Origin: an uncultured Acidimicrobiales bacterium
GTDB taxonomy: Bacteria > Actinomycetota > Acidimicrobiia > Acidimicrobiales > UBA10347
Direction of reading: 5' to 3'
NCBI GenBank assembly: GCA_943788915.1
Contig: CALSSD010000010.1
Location: 496,001 to 560,000, forward strand
DNA length: 64,000 bases
Shown here: positions 1 through 10,200 of the stretch, piece by piece
Numbering within the stretch: position 1 is the first letter of the stretch
Layout of the letters: every line of letters starts with the position of its first letter
Notes under the pieces: model-generated
Seen by the model: the letters and a program-made list of their open reading frames with translations, nothing else
What the model was told of the DNA's origin: nothing
Database searches by the model: none
Program-made: the position numbers and the translations under genes

Positions 1-39
1 ACTTTCCTGATGGCCATGGGTGTAACGATCCTGGGTCAT
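1..39 (-). CDS. 5' end of a probable class I SAM-dependent methyltransferase (runs off window)
   Basis: Reverse strand reads TACGCT-N6-ATG then MTQDRYTHGHQES, resembling the YTHGHHES N-terminus of actinobacterial methyltransferases; only 13 codons visible. Confidence 0.5.
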   Translation of the reverse strand, partial: MTQDRYTHGHQES

Positions 40-91
40 GGAGCCAGCGTAGTGAAGGTGCGTGTACGAGGCCCGTATCTCCTGGCTGCGT

Positions 92-517
92 CTAGGTGTC
101 GGTGGACGACGTGAGAAGCTCTCGAAGCGCCTGACGGTGATCGGGGCCCAGTGGGCCCACGAACGCCGCCTGGGTCTCACCGGAGCGGTCCACGATCACT
201 GCAGTGGGTACGGACTCGATCTTGTACCGGCTGTGCAGTGCAGGGTCGGTACCAACCTCGACGTTCTGGGTCACGACGTTTGCGGACTCATAACCCGAAA
301 GTTCTGCCCACACCGTGGCGCACGAGCTGCAGGTCTTTGACGTGAATACAGCGATCAGCAGCGGGGCCTCGGGAGCCCGAAAGTCGGTGCGATCGAGGCT
401 GCCCGGGGGAGCCCCAGGGGTACTGGTCGGGGCAGGCCGAAGCCGTTGTTGCTGCCACCACGCAGCCATCCCGGCCACAGCCGCAACCGCAACCATGACG
501 AGGAGGGTGGTAGTCAT
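92..517 (-). CDS. Membrane-anchored thioredoxin-like protein
   Basis: N-terminal hydrophobic anchor, FTSKTCSSC (CxxC) motif, cis-Pro loop SVPT. Confidence 0.8.
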   Translation of the reverse strand: MTTTLLVMVAVAAVAGMAAWWQQQRLRPAPTSTPGAPPGSLDRTDFRAPEAPLLIAVFTSKTCSSCATVWAELSGYESANVVTQNVEVGTDPALHSRYKIESVPTAVIVDRSGETQAAFVGPLGPDHRQALRELLTSSTDT

Positions 518-529
518 CTGGGTTGTGGG

Positions 530-2494
530 TTACGAGGCGTTTGGTTCGGTCAGTTCCGCTGCATTTGCGGGAGCTGCATCCGGATTGTTCGTGGTCTGGG
601 CCACACCAAGCAACCGACTGACTTCGTCGCCAGCGATTGTTTCTCGTTCGAGAAGTGCTCGTGCCACCAAGTCGAGGCCGTAACGATGGGTGGTCAAGAC
701 GTCATGACAACGCTGTTCGGCCTCGCGAAGGATTTGCGACACCTCGGCGTCGATGACGTGTGCCATCTGGTCGCTGTATTCCTTGGTTGACACCATCTGG
801 TCACCCATGAAGACTTCGCCCTGTGAGCCCCATGCCATGGGGCCCACCTTTTCGGACATACCCCATTCGCGGACCATCTTGCGGGCGAGTTCGGTGTTGC
901 GCACCAGGTCGTCGTTGGCGCCGGTGGATACCTGACCGAAGACCAGCTGTTCGGCAACACGGCCGCCCATACGCACGACGAGTGAATCCTCGATGTAGTC
1001 CTGGCGATAGATATGACGTTCTGCCTCGGGCAGCTGCATGGTCACACCCAGGGCCATACCGCTGGGGATGATGGTGACCTTGTGTAGCGGGTCGGCCGCA
1101 GGAAGCACGACGGCGCAGACAGCGTGGCCAGCCTCGTGGTACGCAATTGCTTCTTTTTCGACATCGCTGAGCGCAGTGGACTCACGCTTCTGGCCCATCA
1201 GGATGCGGTCACGTGCGGACTCGAAGTGTGATCCGCGAATCATGCTGTCGCCAGCACGGACAGCGAACAACGCGGCCTCGTTCACCAGGTTGGCGAGGTC
1301 AGCACCACTCATGCCAGGGGTGCCGCGAGCGACAACGTTGAGATCAACGTCGGGTGCGGTGCGTTTGCCTTTGACATGCACTCGCAGGATTGCCTGGCGA
1401 TCTTCGAGTTCAGGAAGCGGCACAACAACCTGGCGGTCAAATCGGCCAGGGCGCAACAATGCCGGGTCGAGGATGTCGGGCCGGTTGGTGGCCGCCATCA
1501 TGACGATGCCTTCGGTGGTTTCGAAACCGTCCATCTCAGACAACATCTGGTTGAGCGTCTGCTCACGTTCGTCGTGGCCGCCACCCATGCCAGCGCCACG
1601 TTTGCGGCCGATCGAGTCGATTTCGTCGATGAAGATGATGGCTTTGCCTAACTTGCGAGCTGAATCGAAGAGGTCGCGGACTCGGCTTGCGCCAACACCT
1701 ACGAACATTTCCATAAAGTCAGAGCCACTAACCGACAGGAACGGCACGCCAGCTTCGCCAGCAACAGCTCGCGCAATCAGCGTCTTACCGGTGCCGGGAG
1801 GGCCTACGAGAAGCATTCCTTTGGGGATTCGAGCCCCAATCTCGGCGTACTTATCGGGTTGTTTCAGAAACTCGACCACCTCGGTGATCTCTTGTTTGAC
1901 ACCGGCGTAACCGGCGACGTCTTCGAAGGTCGTGCCTGGACGTTCGGTCGTATAGGTCTTTGCCTTGGATCGACCGATCGACATAAGGCCGCCCATCTGG
2001 CCCTGAGCACGACGTTGCATCCACCAGAAGAAACCGATGAGCAGACCAATCGGTAGCAGTAGCGGCAGCAGGCTGGCCCAGATTGACGACTGCGGTGTGT
2101 CGAAGGTGAGTTCAAGCTCTGGATCGCTGGCCAAGATGGAGCGATCAGCGTCGCTGAGTTCGAGCGGGCCTTTGCTGTTGAACGGTTCGCCTCGGGCTTC
2201 GGGGTCCTCGGCCAGCTCGGTGGCGGTTGCTTTATAGAAGCCGTCGATCTCACCGGTGAGGTTGTTGATCTCGAGTTCGGCGACCTTGCTGTCTTGGACT
2301 TGCACCAGTACGTCATCAAACGTGATCTGATCGCCGCTGTTGTCGGGAGAGATCGAGGGCAAGAAGAACAATGCCAGCACTGCAAACATGGCGAGCCAGA
2401 GAAGGAGCCGTGACCAGCGGGGGTCGCTGCGTTGGAAGCGCCCTTCACCGGGTTCGTTGCTGCGGGGCGGTGGTGGGGGAGGAGGTTTCACCAT
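530..2494 (-). CDS. ftsH: ATP-dependent zinc metalloprotease FtsH
   Basis: Two TM segments, Walker A GPPGTGKT, Walker [12 protein letters not shown] region, HEAGH zinc motif. Confidence 0.97.
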   Translation of the reverse strand: MVKPPPPPPPRSNEPGEGRFQRSDPRWSRLLLWLAMFAVLALFFLPSISPDNSGDQITFDDVLVQVQDSKVAELEINNLTGEIDGFYKATATELAEDPEARGEPFNSKGPLELSDADRSILASDPELELTFDTPQSSIWASLLPLLLPIGLLIGFFWWMQRRAQGQMGGLMSIGRSKAKTYTTERPGTTFEDVAGYAGVKQEITEVVEFLKQPDKYAEIGARIPKGMLLVGPPGTGKTLIARAVAGEAGVPFLSVSGSDFMEMFVGVGASRVRDLFDSARKLGKAIIFIDEIDSIGRKRGAGMGGGHDEREQTLNQMLSEMDGFETTEGIVMMAATNRPDILDPALLRPGRFDRQVVVPLPELEDRQAILRVHVKGKRTAPDVDLNVVARGTPGMSGADLANLVNEAALFAVRAGDSMIRGSHFESARDRILMGQKRESTALSDVEKEAIAYHEAGHAVCAVVLPAADPLHKVTIIPSGMALGVTMQLPEAERHIYRQDYIEDSLVVRMGGRVAEQLVFGQVSTGANDDLVRNTELARKMVREWGMSEKVGPMAWGSQGEVFMGDQMVSTKEYSDQMAHVIDAEVSQILREAEQRCHDVLTTHRYGLDLVARALLERETIAGDEVSRLLGVAQTTNNPDAAPANAAELTEPNAS

Positions 2495-2600
2495 GTGTTC
2501 AGGCTAGGTCCGATCATGCGAAGAGCGATGGCGGAGGGCCATCAGCTCTGTGTGGTAACAACAGAAGGTACGAAGACATTCCCGCCAGTACCCTCAGATA

Positions 2601-3981
2601 GTGAATGATCTGCAGCAGCGTTTGAACGCAATTGTCAAGGCGTATGACGTTCGCGGGACCTATCCGGAACAGTTCGATGCCGATATTGCCCTCCTGCTCG
2701 GCCTCGCATTTGCGGCGTTCTTGCGAGAACAGGATCCGGATGCGACCACGGTCATGGTTGGTCGCGACATGCGGCCATCTGGGCCAGAGCTCACTGAAGC
2801 TTTTGCGGCCGGCCTCATGTCGCAGGGTTTCGATGTTGTCGATCTCGGCCTGATCTCAACCGACGAGATGTACTTCGCTGCCGGATCCATGGATGCGCCG
2901 GGCGCAGTATTCACCGCATCGCACAATCCCGCTGGATATCAGGGCATCAAGATGTGTCGCCGAGGTGCTGCGCCGGTGAGCACCCCCGGTTTGGAGTTCA
3001 TGCGTGACTACGCAGGAACTGTAGATGTCGACGATCTGCCTGCTGCCGAAACAACCGGCACGTTGTCACACCACGATGTGCTCGCTGGACTTCACGGCTC
3101 ATCTCCACAGCTTCGTCGATGTCAACACGCTGAAACCGCTCAAGGTCGTCATCGATACGGCCAATGGCATGGGCGGCTTGGTCGCACCGGCTGCATTCGC
3201 AGGTCTGCCGTTCACGGTTGACCATCTGTTTCCCGAGCTCGATGGGACCTTTCCGAACCATCCAGCAGACCCGATCCAGCCAGAAAACCTGGTCGACCTG
3301 CAGGCCCGGGTGCTCGAACTGGGCGCCGATATTGGCTTGGCATTCGACGGCGACGCCGACCGCGTCTTCATCGTCGATGAGAAGGCGCAACCACTATCTG
3401 GTTCGATAACGACGGCCATGGTCGCCGCATCTGTGCTGCGGGCACAGCCTGGCGCCACGGTGCTGCACAATCTCATCTGCTCCAAGACCGTGCCCGAGGT
3501 CATCGTCGAAGGCGGTGGCACGGCGATCCGCACCCGTGTTGGTCACTCGTTTATCAAGAAAACGATGGCCGAAACCGGCGCAGCGTTCGCTGGAGAACAC
3601 TCCGGCCACTACTACTTCCGGGATAACTATCGTGCCGACTCTGGTCTGATCGCTGCGCTTGTTGTTCTCGAAATGATCAGCGTCGCTGATGCTCCGCTCA
3701 GCGAACTTCGGAAGCCCTTCGATCGTTACATCGCGTCTGGCGAGATCAATACTCGGGTCGCTGACATAGACGCAGTGATCGAACGGGTCACCGAACACTT
3801 CGTGGCTGCTGGAGCCGATCTCGATCACCTCGATGGTTTGACGGTTGACCTCGGCGAATGGTGGTTCAATCTTCGGGCATCGAACACCGAACCGCTGTTG
3901 CGCCTGAATCTTGAGGCTGCTGACCAGGCGGCATGTGATGCACGAGTGGCCGAAGTCCAAGCGTTGATAGCAGATTCGTGA
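2601..3981 (+). CDS. manB: Phosphomannomutase/phosphoglucomutase, interrupted by a one-base frameshift at ~3087-3088
   Basis: KAYDVRG and TASHNP in the first frame; FDGDADR, GEHSGH and RASNTEP in the second; removing one G in GCTGGAC gives a continuous 459-aa protein. Confidence 0.9.
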
Positions 3982-4018
3982 GGGTTGCCAGCCGAGTTGC
4001 TGGTTTACTGGTGTCCTC

Positions 4019-4255
4019 ATGACTCTTAGTCCAGAACTCCTTGCCGTATTGGCCTGCCCCGAAGACAAGGGTCCGCTGTTGTACTTCGGTGACGATCGCG
4101 GGCTCTATAACCCTCGGTTGCAGCGTCGTTATTTGATCACCGATGGCATCCCCATCATGTTGATCGACGAAGCCGAAGCTGTGTCCGATGAGGAGCACGT
4201 GGTGCTTCTGGCCAAAGCCGAATCCGAAGGCATCAGCCCGACCTTCGAGGCCTAA
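4019..4255 (+). CDS. Trm112 family protein
   Basis: LLAVLACPEDKGPL...YLITDGIPIML signature; usual neighbour of pmm. Confidence 0.9.
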   Translation: MTLSPELLAVLACPEDKGPLLYFGDDRGLYNPRLQRRYLITDGIPIMLIDEAEAVSDEEHVVLLAKAESEGISPTFEA

Positions 4256-4377
4256 CCACTGATCTGTGTGAAGCGTCGCCGATCGGACTCGATGCCGGAG
4301 AGACTGGGAGCGGGTCCTGGGAAGGCTGCCAGGGTGAATATGCTTCATTTTCGGAACTTCGATCCAAGGTGGGTCAT

Positions 4378-4402
4378 TCAGCTCAAATGAGCTGATTTTT
4401 CT
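4378..4402 (+). terminator. Probable intrinsic terminator after pmm-trm112
   Basis: TCAGCTC-AAAT-GAGCTGA stem-loop followed by TTTTTT. Confidence 0.6.
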
Positions 4403-4417
4403 GCAATGCTGTAGCTA

Positions 4418-5515
4418 ATGACGGAAACTAATTGGGTGCCTGTCGCCGTTGACCCACTCGTGCCACCAGCGCGACTTGGCGCGCTCATGATTGAGCAGCG
4501 CTCACACCAGGGTCTCGACATCGTAGAAATGGCCCGTCGATCCAACGGTATGTTCACGCCGAGTTACCTCGAGAACGTCGAGCGGGGTCGGGTGTCGCTC
4601 GACGATGGCATCATCGAACACCTTGTTGGCCTGTACGAGGTCGACGAGAGGCCAGTTGTTCCCCAACGGTCCGAGTTGATTATCGATATCGACCGTCAAC
4701 AACTCAAGGTCGGCGCCACAGCGATGAGCTTCGACTCGATGGACGCCAAAGATGTGCTCGAGCGTTACGTCTCGATGATCTATGTGCTGCGTGGCCAAGA
4801 GCCAGGCAGCGACCTGGTCCTGCGTGACCGTGACCTTGGCGTGTTGTCATCAAGCTTGGGTTACACCGAGTCAGATCTTCGCCTCGAAATCCAAGGCCTG
4901 ATCGCAGCGCCAGATTCGGTGCGGCGGGCTCAGGCCATCAGCAAACGAAAGATTGTGCTTGCGGCGGGGGTCCTCGTAGGTCTGACCGCGGTTGGTTCGC
5001 TTGTTCTGGTCGGTGGGATGTCAAATAGTGCGCCAACCGAAGTGCTGGGAACGCAACAAACGGTTCTCTCTTCCAGCTTTCCGACCGAACTTGGCGCAGC
5101 AGCTGAAGCAACGATTGCGTTTGACTTCCGCTCGGTGTTGCCCGATTGGCAGATCGAGTATGCCGACGATCATCCTGACTTTCTGGGTGTCACTCACTCA
5201 CATGACAAATCCATCGTTGTGCATGTCGAACCAGGTGCATCGGTCGATGTCGTAGCTGCGGTGCTGATGCACGAAGTCGGGCATGCCATCGACCTCGAAC
5301 AATTGTCAGACGATCAGCGGGCCGAATGGATCGAGCTCCGCAACATGCCATCCACCTGGTGGCCAGGCAATGGCCTCAACGACTTCGCTGTTGGTGCTGG
5401 CGACTTCGCCGAAGCGGTGTCAGCCTTCACCACGGGATCGCCAAGTAGCAGCGTGTACGGCGAGTTCACCGATGCGCAGTTCGCGTTCGTTGCGGCGATT
5501 CTCGAGAATGCCTAA
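4418..5515 (+). CDS. HTH-domain membrane protein with C-terminal HExxH zincin-like domain
   Basis: N-terminal XRE-like HTH (SYLENVERG), basic patch plus TM helix (KRKIVLAAGVLVGLTAVGSLVLV), C-terminal LMHEVGHAID and FAEAV. Confidence 0.7.
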   Translation: MTETNWVPVAVDPLVPPARLGALMIEQRSHQGLDIVEMARRSNGMFTPSYLENVERGRVSLDDGIIEHLVGLYEVDERPVVPQRSELIIDIDRQQLKVGATAMSFDSMDAKDVLERYVSMIYVLRGQEPGSDLVLRDRDLGVLSSSLGYTESDLRLEIQGLIAAPDSVRRAQAISKRKIVLAAGVLVGLTAVGSLVLVGGMSNSAPTEVLGTQQTVLSSSFPTELGAAAEATIAFDFRSVLPDWQIEYADDHPDFLGVTHSHDKSIVVHVEPGASVDVVAAVLMHEVGHAIDLEQLSDDQRAEWIELRNMPSTWWPGNGLNDFAVGAGDFAEAVSAFTTGSPSSSVYGEFTDAQFAFVAAILENA

Positions 5516-5588
5516 CAACGAGGTTGGTTGGGCTCGTACCGGTTCGACGTCGCCCGACGTCGCGTCGAGCCGCTAGCCTTTAGGCCGA

Positions 5589-5654
5589 CTCGGCTGAGCG
5601 GACGCATGGGTGTCAGACGACACCAGCCGGGGTTACAAACCAAGGAAGCCGCTC
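5589..5654 (+). promoter_or_regulatory. SAH-riboswitch-like structured leader of ahcY
   Basis: P1 5589-5595/5625-5631, P2 GGTGTC/GACACC, pseudoknot GAGCGG(5596-5601)/CCGCTC(5649-5654); directly upstream of ahcY. Confidence 0.55.
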
Positions 5655-5697
5655 TGACGTGTGCTTCCTTTGAACTCCCCGAACAGAGGACGTCACA

Positions 5698-7149
5698 ATG
5701 ACTGACACCGCCCAACAAGACTTCCGCGTCGCAGATCTCTCTCTAGCGGAATTTGGCCGCAAAGAGATCCGCCTCGCCGAGCATGAGATGCCTGGCCTGG
5801 TATCACTTCGTGCGAGCTACGGCGACGAGCAGCCGCTCGCTGGTGCTCGCATCGTCGGCTCGCTCCACATGACCATCCAGACAGCAGTGCTTATCGAGAC
5901 GCTCACCGCGCTCGGCGCTGACGTCCGCTGGGTGTCGTGCAACATCTTCTCGACCCAGGACCACGCAGCTGCCGCTGTGGCAGTCGGTCCCGACGGTACT
6001 GTCGATGCTCCTTCTGGTGTTCCTGTGTTCGCCTGGAAGGGCGAGACGCTCGAGGAATACTGGTGGGCAACCGAACAGCTCTTCCACTGGCCCGACGGAC
6101 AAGGCCCGAACCTGATCCTCGACGACGGTGGCGACGCCACGATGCTGGTCCACAAGGGCCTCGAGTACGAGCTTGCTGGCGCCATTCCTGCAACACCTGA
6201 CGACGCAAGTGCAGAAGAAGTCGTGTTCATGGACCGGCTGCGCAGCATGTTTGCTGATGACTCCGGCTTCTGGCAGCGGATCGCCCCTGGTATCCGGGGC
6301 GTTAGCGAAGAAACCACGACCGGCGTGCATCGTCTCGTTGCTATGGCTGCGGCCGGATCACTGTTGTTCCCGGCAATCAATGTGAACGACTCGGTAACCA
6401 AGTCCAAGTTCGACAACCTCTACGGCATCCGCCACTCATTGGTCGACGGCATCAACCGCGGTACCGACGTCATGCTTGGCGGCAAGCTCGCCGTCGTTTG
6501 TGGTTACGGCGATGTTGGTAAGGGTTGCGCTTCTGCCCTCAAGGGTCAAGGCGCCCGGGTCATGGTCACCGAAATCGACCCGATCTGTGCTTTGCAGGCT
6601 GCGATGGAAGGATTCCAGGTCGTCCGTATCGAAGACGTCATGGAAACTGCCGACATCTTCATCACCACCACTGGCAACAAGGGCATCATCACGTCCGAAC
6701 ACATGGCCCGCATGAAACATCAGGCAATCGTCGGCAACGTTGGTCACTTCGACAACGAAATCGATATGGCCGGGCTGGACAAGATGAGTGATGTCATGCG
6801 CATCAACATCAAGCCTCAGGTCGACGAGTTCGTCTTCCCCGACGGTCATTCTGTGCTGATGTTGAGCGAAGGCCGACTGCTTAACTTGGGCAACGCCACG
6901 GGGCACCCAAGCTTCGTGATGTCGTTCAGCTTCACCAACCAGGTTTTGGCACAGATCGAGTTGCACAAGAACGCCGAGACCTACAGCAACACCGACGTCA
7001 TCACCTTGCCCAAGCTGCTCGACGAGGAAGTCGCTCGACTGCACCTCGACCACCTGGGTGTGCGTTTGACCACACTGAGCCAGGAACAGGCCGACTACAT
7101 CGGTGTTCCGGTCAAGGGCCCGTACAAGCCCGACCACTACCGCTACTAA
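5698..7149 (+). CDS. ahcY: Adenosylhomocysteinase
   Basis: [44 protein letters not shown] and C-terminal PDHYRY. Confidence 0.98.
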   Translation: MTDTAQQDFRVADLSLAEFGRKEIRLAEHEMPGLVSLRASYGDEQPLAGARIVGSLHMTIQTAVLIETLTALGADVRWVSCNIFSTQDHAAAAVAVGPDGTVDAPSGVPVFAWKGETLEEYWWATEQLFHWPDGQGPNLILDDGGDATMLVHKGLEYELAGAIPATPDDASAEEVVFMDRLRSMFADDSGFWQRIAPGIRGVSEETTTGVHRLVAMAAAGSLLFPAINVNDSVTKSKFDNLYGIRHSLVDGINRGTDVMLGGKLAVVCGYGDVGKGCASALKGQGARVMVTEIDPICALQAAMEGFQVVRIEDVMETADIFITTTGNKGIITSEHMARMKHQAIVGNVGHFDNEIDMAGLDKMSDVMRINIKPQVDEFVFPDGHSVLMLSEGRLLNLGNATGHPSFVMSFSFTNQVLAQIELHKNAETYSNTDVITLPKLLDEEVARLHLDHLGVRLTTLSQEQADYIGVPVKGPYKPDHYRY

Positions 7150-7254
7150 CCCACTGCTTCGCTTGGGGCGCAGACTGGGCCTCGCTGAAACATGGACTAC
7201 CCCCGGCCGCTGTTGCTCGAATCCGAGCCCCAGCGGCCGGTCTGCGTGCAGTGG

Positions 7255-8022
7255 TTAACGAGGCCACAGGGTTTCAGTGTTTCCATCGACGCCGATGATC
7301 TGGCCACTGATGTGGCGCCCGTAGTCGCTGCACAGGAACACGATCAGGTCGGCGATTTCCTCGGGGTCGACGAAACACTGCATCGAAACACCTTTGGTGT
7401 AGAGCGCCCGAACGTCGCTGGTCGACATGGCTTCGATGGTGGCATGGGCTGCGACGACTCGATCCATGCGATCGCCGTTGACATTGCCGGGCGCGATGCC
7501 ATTGACCCGGATGTTGTCTGGGCCGAGCTCCATCGCGAGCGTCTTGGTAAAACCTGTGGACGCCCATTTGGCAGCGGCGTAGGGACTACGGGTGGGGTAA
7601 CCCATAATTCCTGCTCCGGAAATCAGATTCACGATGGAGCCATGGCCTTGTGCCTTGAAGACGGGAACAACCCTGCGGGCACAGAAGAACTGTGAGTCGA
7701 TGCCCACGGCCATGGTTGCCCGCCACTCGTCGTCGGTTATGTCTTCGACGAGTTTGGTGGGGCCAGCGATCCCGGCATTGTTCACCAGTACGTCCAAGCC
7801 TCCAGGCAGAATCTCGTCGAAGACCTTGTCGAGAGCCCGTGAATCGCTGACATCGCAGGTGAATGTGGCGACGTCATGAGGCAAAGTGTCGAGGGTCGAT
7901 GGGTTGATGTCACAGGTGAAGACCGTGGCACCAGCGGCTCGCATCGCCAGCACCGTTGCCCGCCCCATGCCGTCGCCGCCAGCTGTTACGAACGCTCTTG
8001 TGCCGTCGAGAGAAATGTGCAT
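7255..8022 (-). CDS. SDR family oxidoreductase
   Basis: TAGGDGMG, NNAGI and YAAAK motifs. Confidence 0.9.
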   Translation of the reverse strand: MHISLDGTRAFVTAGGDGMGRATVLAMRAAGATVFTCDINPSTLDTLPHDVATFTCDVSDSRALDKVFDEILPGGLDVLVNNAGIAGPTKLVEDITDDEWRATMAVGIDSQFFCARRVVPVFKAQGHGSIVNLISGAGIMGYPTRSPYAAAKWASTGFTKTLAMELGPDNIRVNGIAPGNVNGDRMDRVVAAHATIEAMSTSDVRALYTKGVSMQCFVDPEEIADLIVFLCSDYGRHISGQIIGVDGNTETLWPR

Positions 8023-8128
8023 GCAGCCCATAGTTGTCGATCGAGCGGGTACATGCCTGATTGCTGGGCAGAGTCAGGGGTGTGACGTCGCCGCTGGCGA
8101 TGTCACACCCGGTGTTTAGGTTGGACAT

Positions 8129-8752
8129 ATGCTCTTTGACTCGGGATGTGTGGTGTGTCTGCAGGCCCGAGGACCCGTCTGTGCCGTCTGCCATGGGCTG
8201 CTCCAGCGGTCAGACCCGGTGCCAGTCCGCGGGATGTCTGCATGCCGCGCCGGCTTCGTGCTCGATGACCGATCCCTCGCCATCATCGCTGCACTCAAGT
8301 ACCGCCGCCAGCGGAGGTTGGCCCGGTGGCTTGCCCGCTCGCTGATCGACCTCGTTCCTCACAGCGCCGATGCGATTACGTGGGTGCCCGCAACCCCTGA
8401 ACGACGACGCAGTCGGGGTTTCGACCAGGCCGAGGAGTTCGCCCGGTCGCTCGCACGGTTGAGCGGTGTGCCTGTAGTGCGACTTCTTTCACGAGGCCAC
8501 GATGATCGAAGGCAAACCGGGCTGACCCGGGAGCAGCGTCTGCGCGGTCCAACGCTCACCGCCTGTCGCCGAACCTCGGGTTTTGTTGTCGTAGTCGATG
8601 ATGTCATCACGACTGGCTCATCACTTGTGGTGGCCACAGCAGCGTTGCGTGACGTTGGCGCGGAACGAGTGGTTGGCGTCGTGGCGGCGGCTACACCCGA
8701 CGCCACGACAACCGCGTCTACTCGGCTTGACGATCGCGGCTACTATCCGTGA
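8129..8752 (+). CDS. comF: ComF family amidophosphoribosyltransferase-like protein
   Basis: N-terminal CxxC..CxxC, RGFDQA, VVVDDVITTGSS PRPP motif; upstream of hpf. Confidence 0.88.
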   Translation: MLFDSGCVVCLQARGPVCAVCHGLLQRSDPVPVRGMSACRAGFVLDDRSLAIIAALKYRRQRRLARWLARSLIDLVPHSADAITWVPATPERRRSRGFDQAEEFARSLARLSGVPVVRLLSRGHDDRRQTGLTREQRLRGPTLTACRRTSGFVVVVDDVITTGSSLVVATAALRDVGAERVVGVVAAATPDATTTASTRLDDRGYYP

Positions 8753-9313
8753 ATGGACGTGAGACTGAGTGCAAAGCGGACCGAACTGACTCCCCGTTTG
8801 GAACAGTACACCACAGAGAAAGTGGAACGATTAGACCGGTTTGTTGAGGGCCTCGATCATTCCGATGTGCACTTCGTTGAAGAAGTCAATCCGCGTATCG
8901 CCAACCGTGTCATGTGTGAAATCACCGTCGAAGGTCATGGCCACCATGTGCGAGCCAAGCACACTGCTCCAGATCCGTTCGCTGCCGTCGACGGCACCGT
9001 AGACAAGCTTGAGCGTCAGCTGCGCAAGCTCAAGACCCGCCTAATCCGACGCTGGCACGCAAGCGGTGATAAGCAAATACTTGTCGACGCAGGCATCCCT
9101 GAGATGGACACCGAGGCCGAAGCTCCGGCACCTCCAAGGATTGTGAAGTCCAAGAAGTTCCACATTGCGTCGATGACCGCCGAAGAGGCTGTCCTTGAGC
9201 TTGAGCTGGTGAACCACGACTTCTACTTCTTCCATAACTCCGAAACAATGCGAGCAGCGATCGTCTACCGCCGCGAAGATGGCGACTTCGGCTTGATTGA
9301 CGAAGCAGGCTGA
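8753..9313 (+). CDS. hpf: Ribosome hibernation promoting factor (long HPF/RaiA)
   Basis: KLERQLRKLK and C-terminal S30AE domain (HDFYFF...YRREDGDFGLI). Confidence 0.93.
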   Translation: MDVRLSAKRTELTPRLEQYTTEKVERLDRFVEGLDHSDVHFVEEVNPRIANRVMCEITVEGHGHHVRAKHTAPDPFAAVDGTVDKLERQLRKLKTRLIRRWHASGDKQILVDAGIPEMDTEAEAPAPPRIVKSKKFHIASMTAEEAVLELELVNHDFYFFHNSETMRAAIVYRREDGDFGLIDEAG

Positions 9314-9316
9314 TCC

Positions 9317-10120
9317 GTGAATGACATAGCTGGGTCCTCGTATGAGCGAGCCCAGCGGTTCGTGGATCTGCACGCTTGCGACGAGTTATTCGTTATGGCG
9401 AATCCCACCACGATCGGTGTGGCTCAGATGCTCGAGCGCCTTGGGTATCCAGCGCTTGGCACATCAAGTGCTGCGCTGGCTCGTTCGTATGGTCGTCGCG
9501 ATGGTGAGAATGCTCTCACCCGCGTCGAGGCTATCGATCATGCAAAGGCGTTAGCCGCAGCCACGACCGTCCCGATTTCAGGTGATTTCGAGAACGGTTA
9601 TGGCGACGACCCATCGGCAGTAGCCGAGACCGTGCGGGCCTCAATCGACGCGGGGCTCGCTGGTTGTTGTATTGAGGACGCAACTGGGCGCAACGATCAA
9701 GCGATTTATGATCCTGGACTGGCGGCCGAACGGATTGCGGCCGGCGCCGAAGCCATTGGTGATGCGCCATTCGTGCTGGTTGCACGGGCCGAGAACTTCT
9801 TGCACGGTCGTCCCGACCTCCATGACACGGTTGCTCGATTGCAATCGTTCGAGGCCGCTGGGGCGACCGCTGTATATGCACCGGGGTTCACCACGCTCGA
9901 GCAGGTTTCGGCGGTGGTCTCGTCCGTTGGCATCCCGGTCAACGTGCTGATTGGCATGCCTGGACAGATGTTCTCACTTGATGATCTGGCCCAGGCGGGG
10001 GTGCGACGGGTAAGCGTCGGCAGCGGGTTCGAGCGGGTCGCAAACGCGGCGTTGCGTCGAGCAGCTGAGCAATTGTTGGACACAAGCGCACCACTTGGCC
10101 CGATGTTCTCAACTAGCTGA
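9317..10120 (+). CDS. Isocitrate lyase/PEP mutase family protein
   Basis: GTSSAA, SGDFENGYG, GCCIED, ARAENFL and RRVSVGS motifs. Confidence 0.9.
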   Translation: MNDIAGSSYERAQRFVDLHACDELFVMANPTTIGVAQMLERLGYPALGTSSAALARSYGRRDGENALTRVEAIDHAKALAAATTVPISGDFENGYGDDPSAVAETVRASIDAGLAGCCIEDATGRNDQAIYDPGLAAERIAAGAEAIGDAPFVLVARAENFLHGRPDLHDTVARLQSFEAAGATAVYAPGFTTLEQVSAVVSSVGIPVNVLIGMPGQMFSLDDLAQAGVRRVSVGSGFERVANAALRRAAEQLLDTSAPLGPMFSTS

Positions 10121-10200
10121 CCCAATCATGGCAAGAGCCGGACGGCTGCGGAGCGGCCTTCGGCCACACCGTCGTTACTGCCGACAACTACCCAGTACCC

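Noticed and set aside
4256..4335. CCACTG...CTGGGAAGGC resembling a cobalamin riboswitch B12 box
   Set aside because: Other conserved elements (AGGGAA, CGGTG.AA.TCCG, CCC.GC.ACTGT) are absent and the downstream gene is unrelated
8750..9319. comF-TGA-hpf and hpf-TGA-TCC-GTG are in frame, suggesting Sec or read-through fusions
   Set aside because: Each protein is complete on its own, the TGAs are not at Cys-equivalent positions, no SECIS-like hairpin is evident, and hpf has its own -10 element
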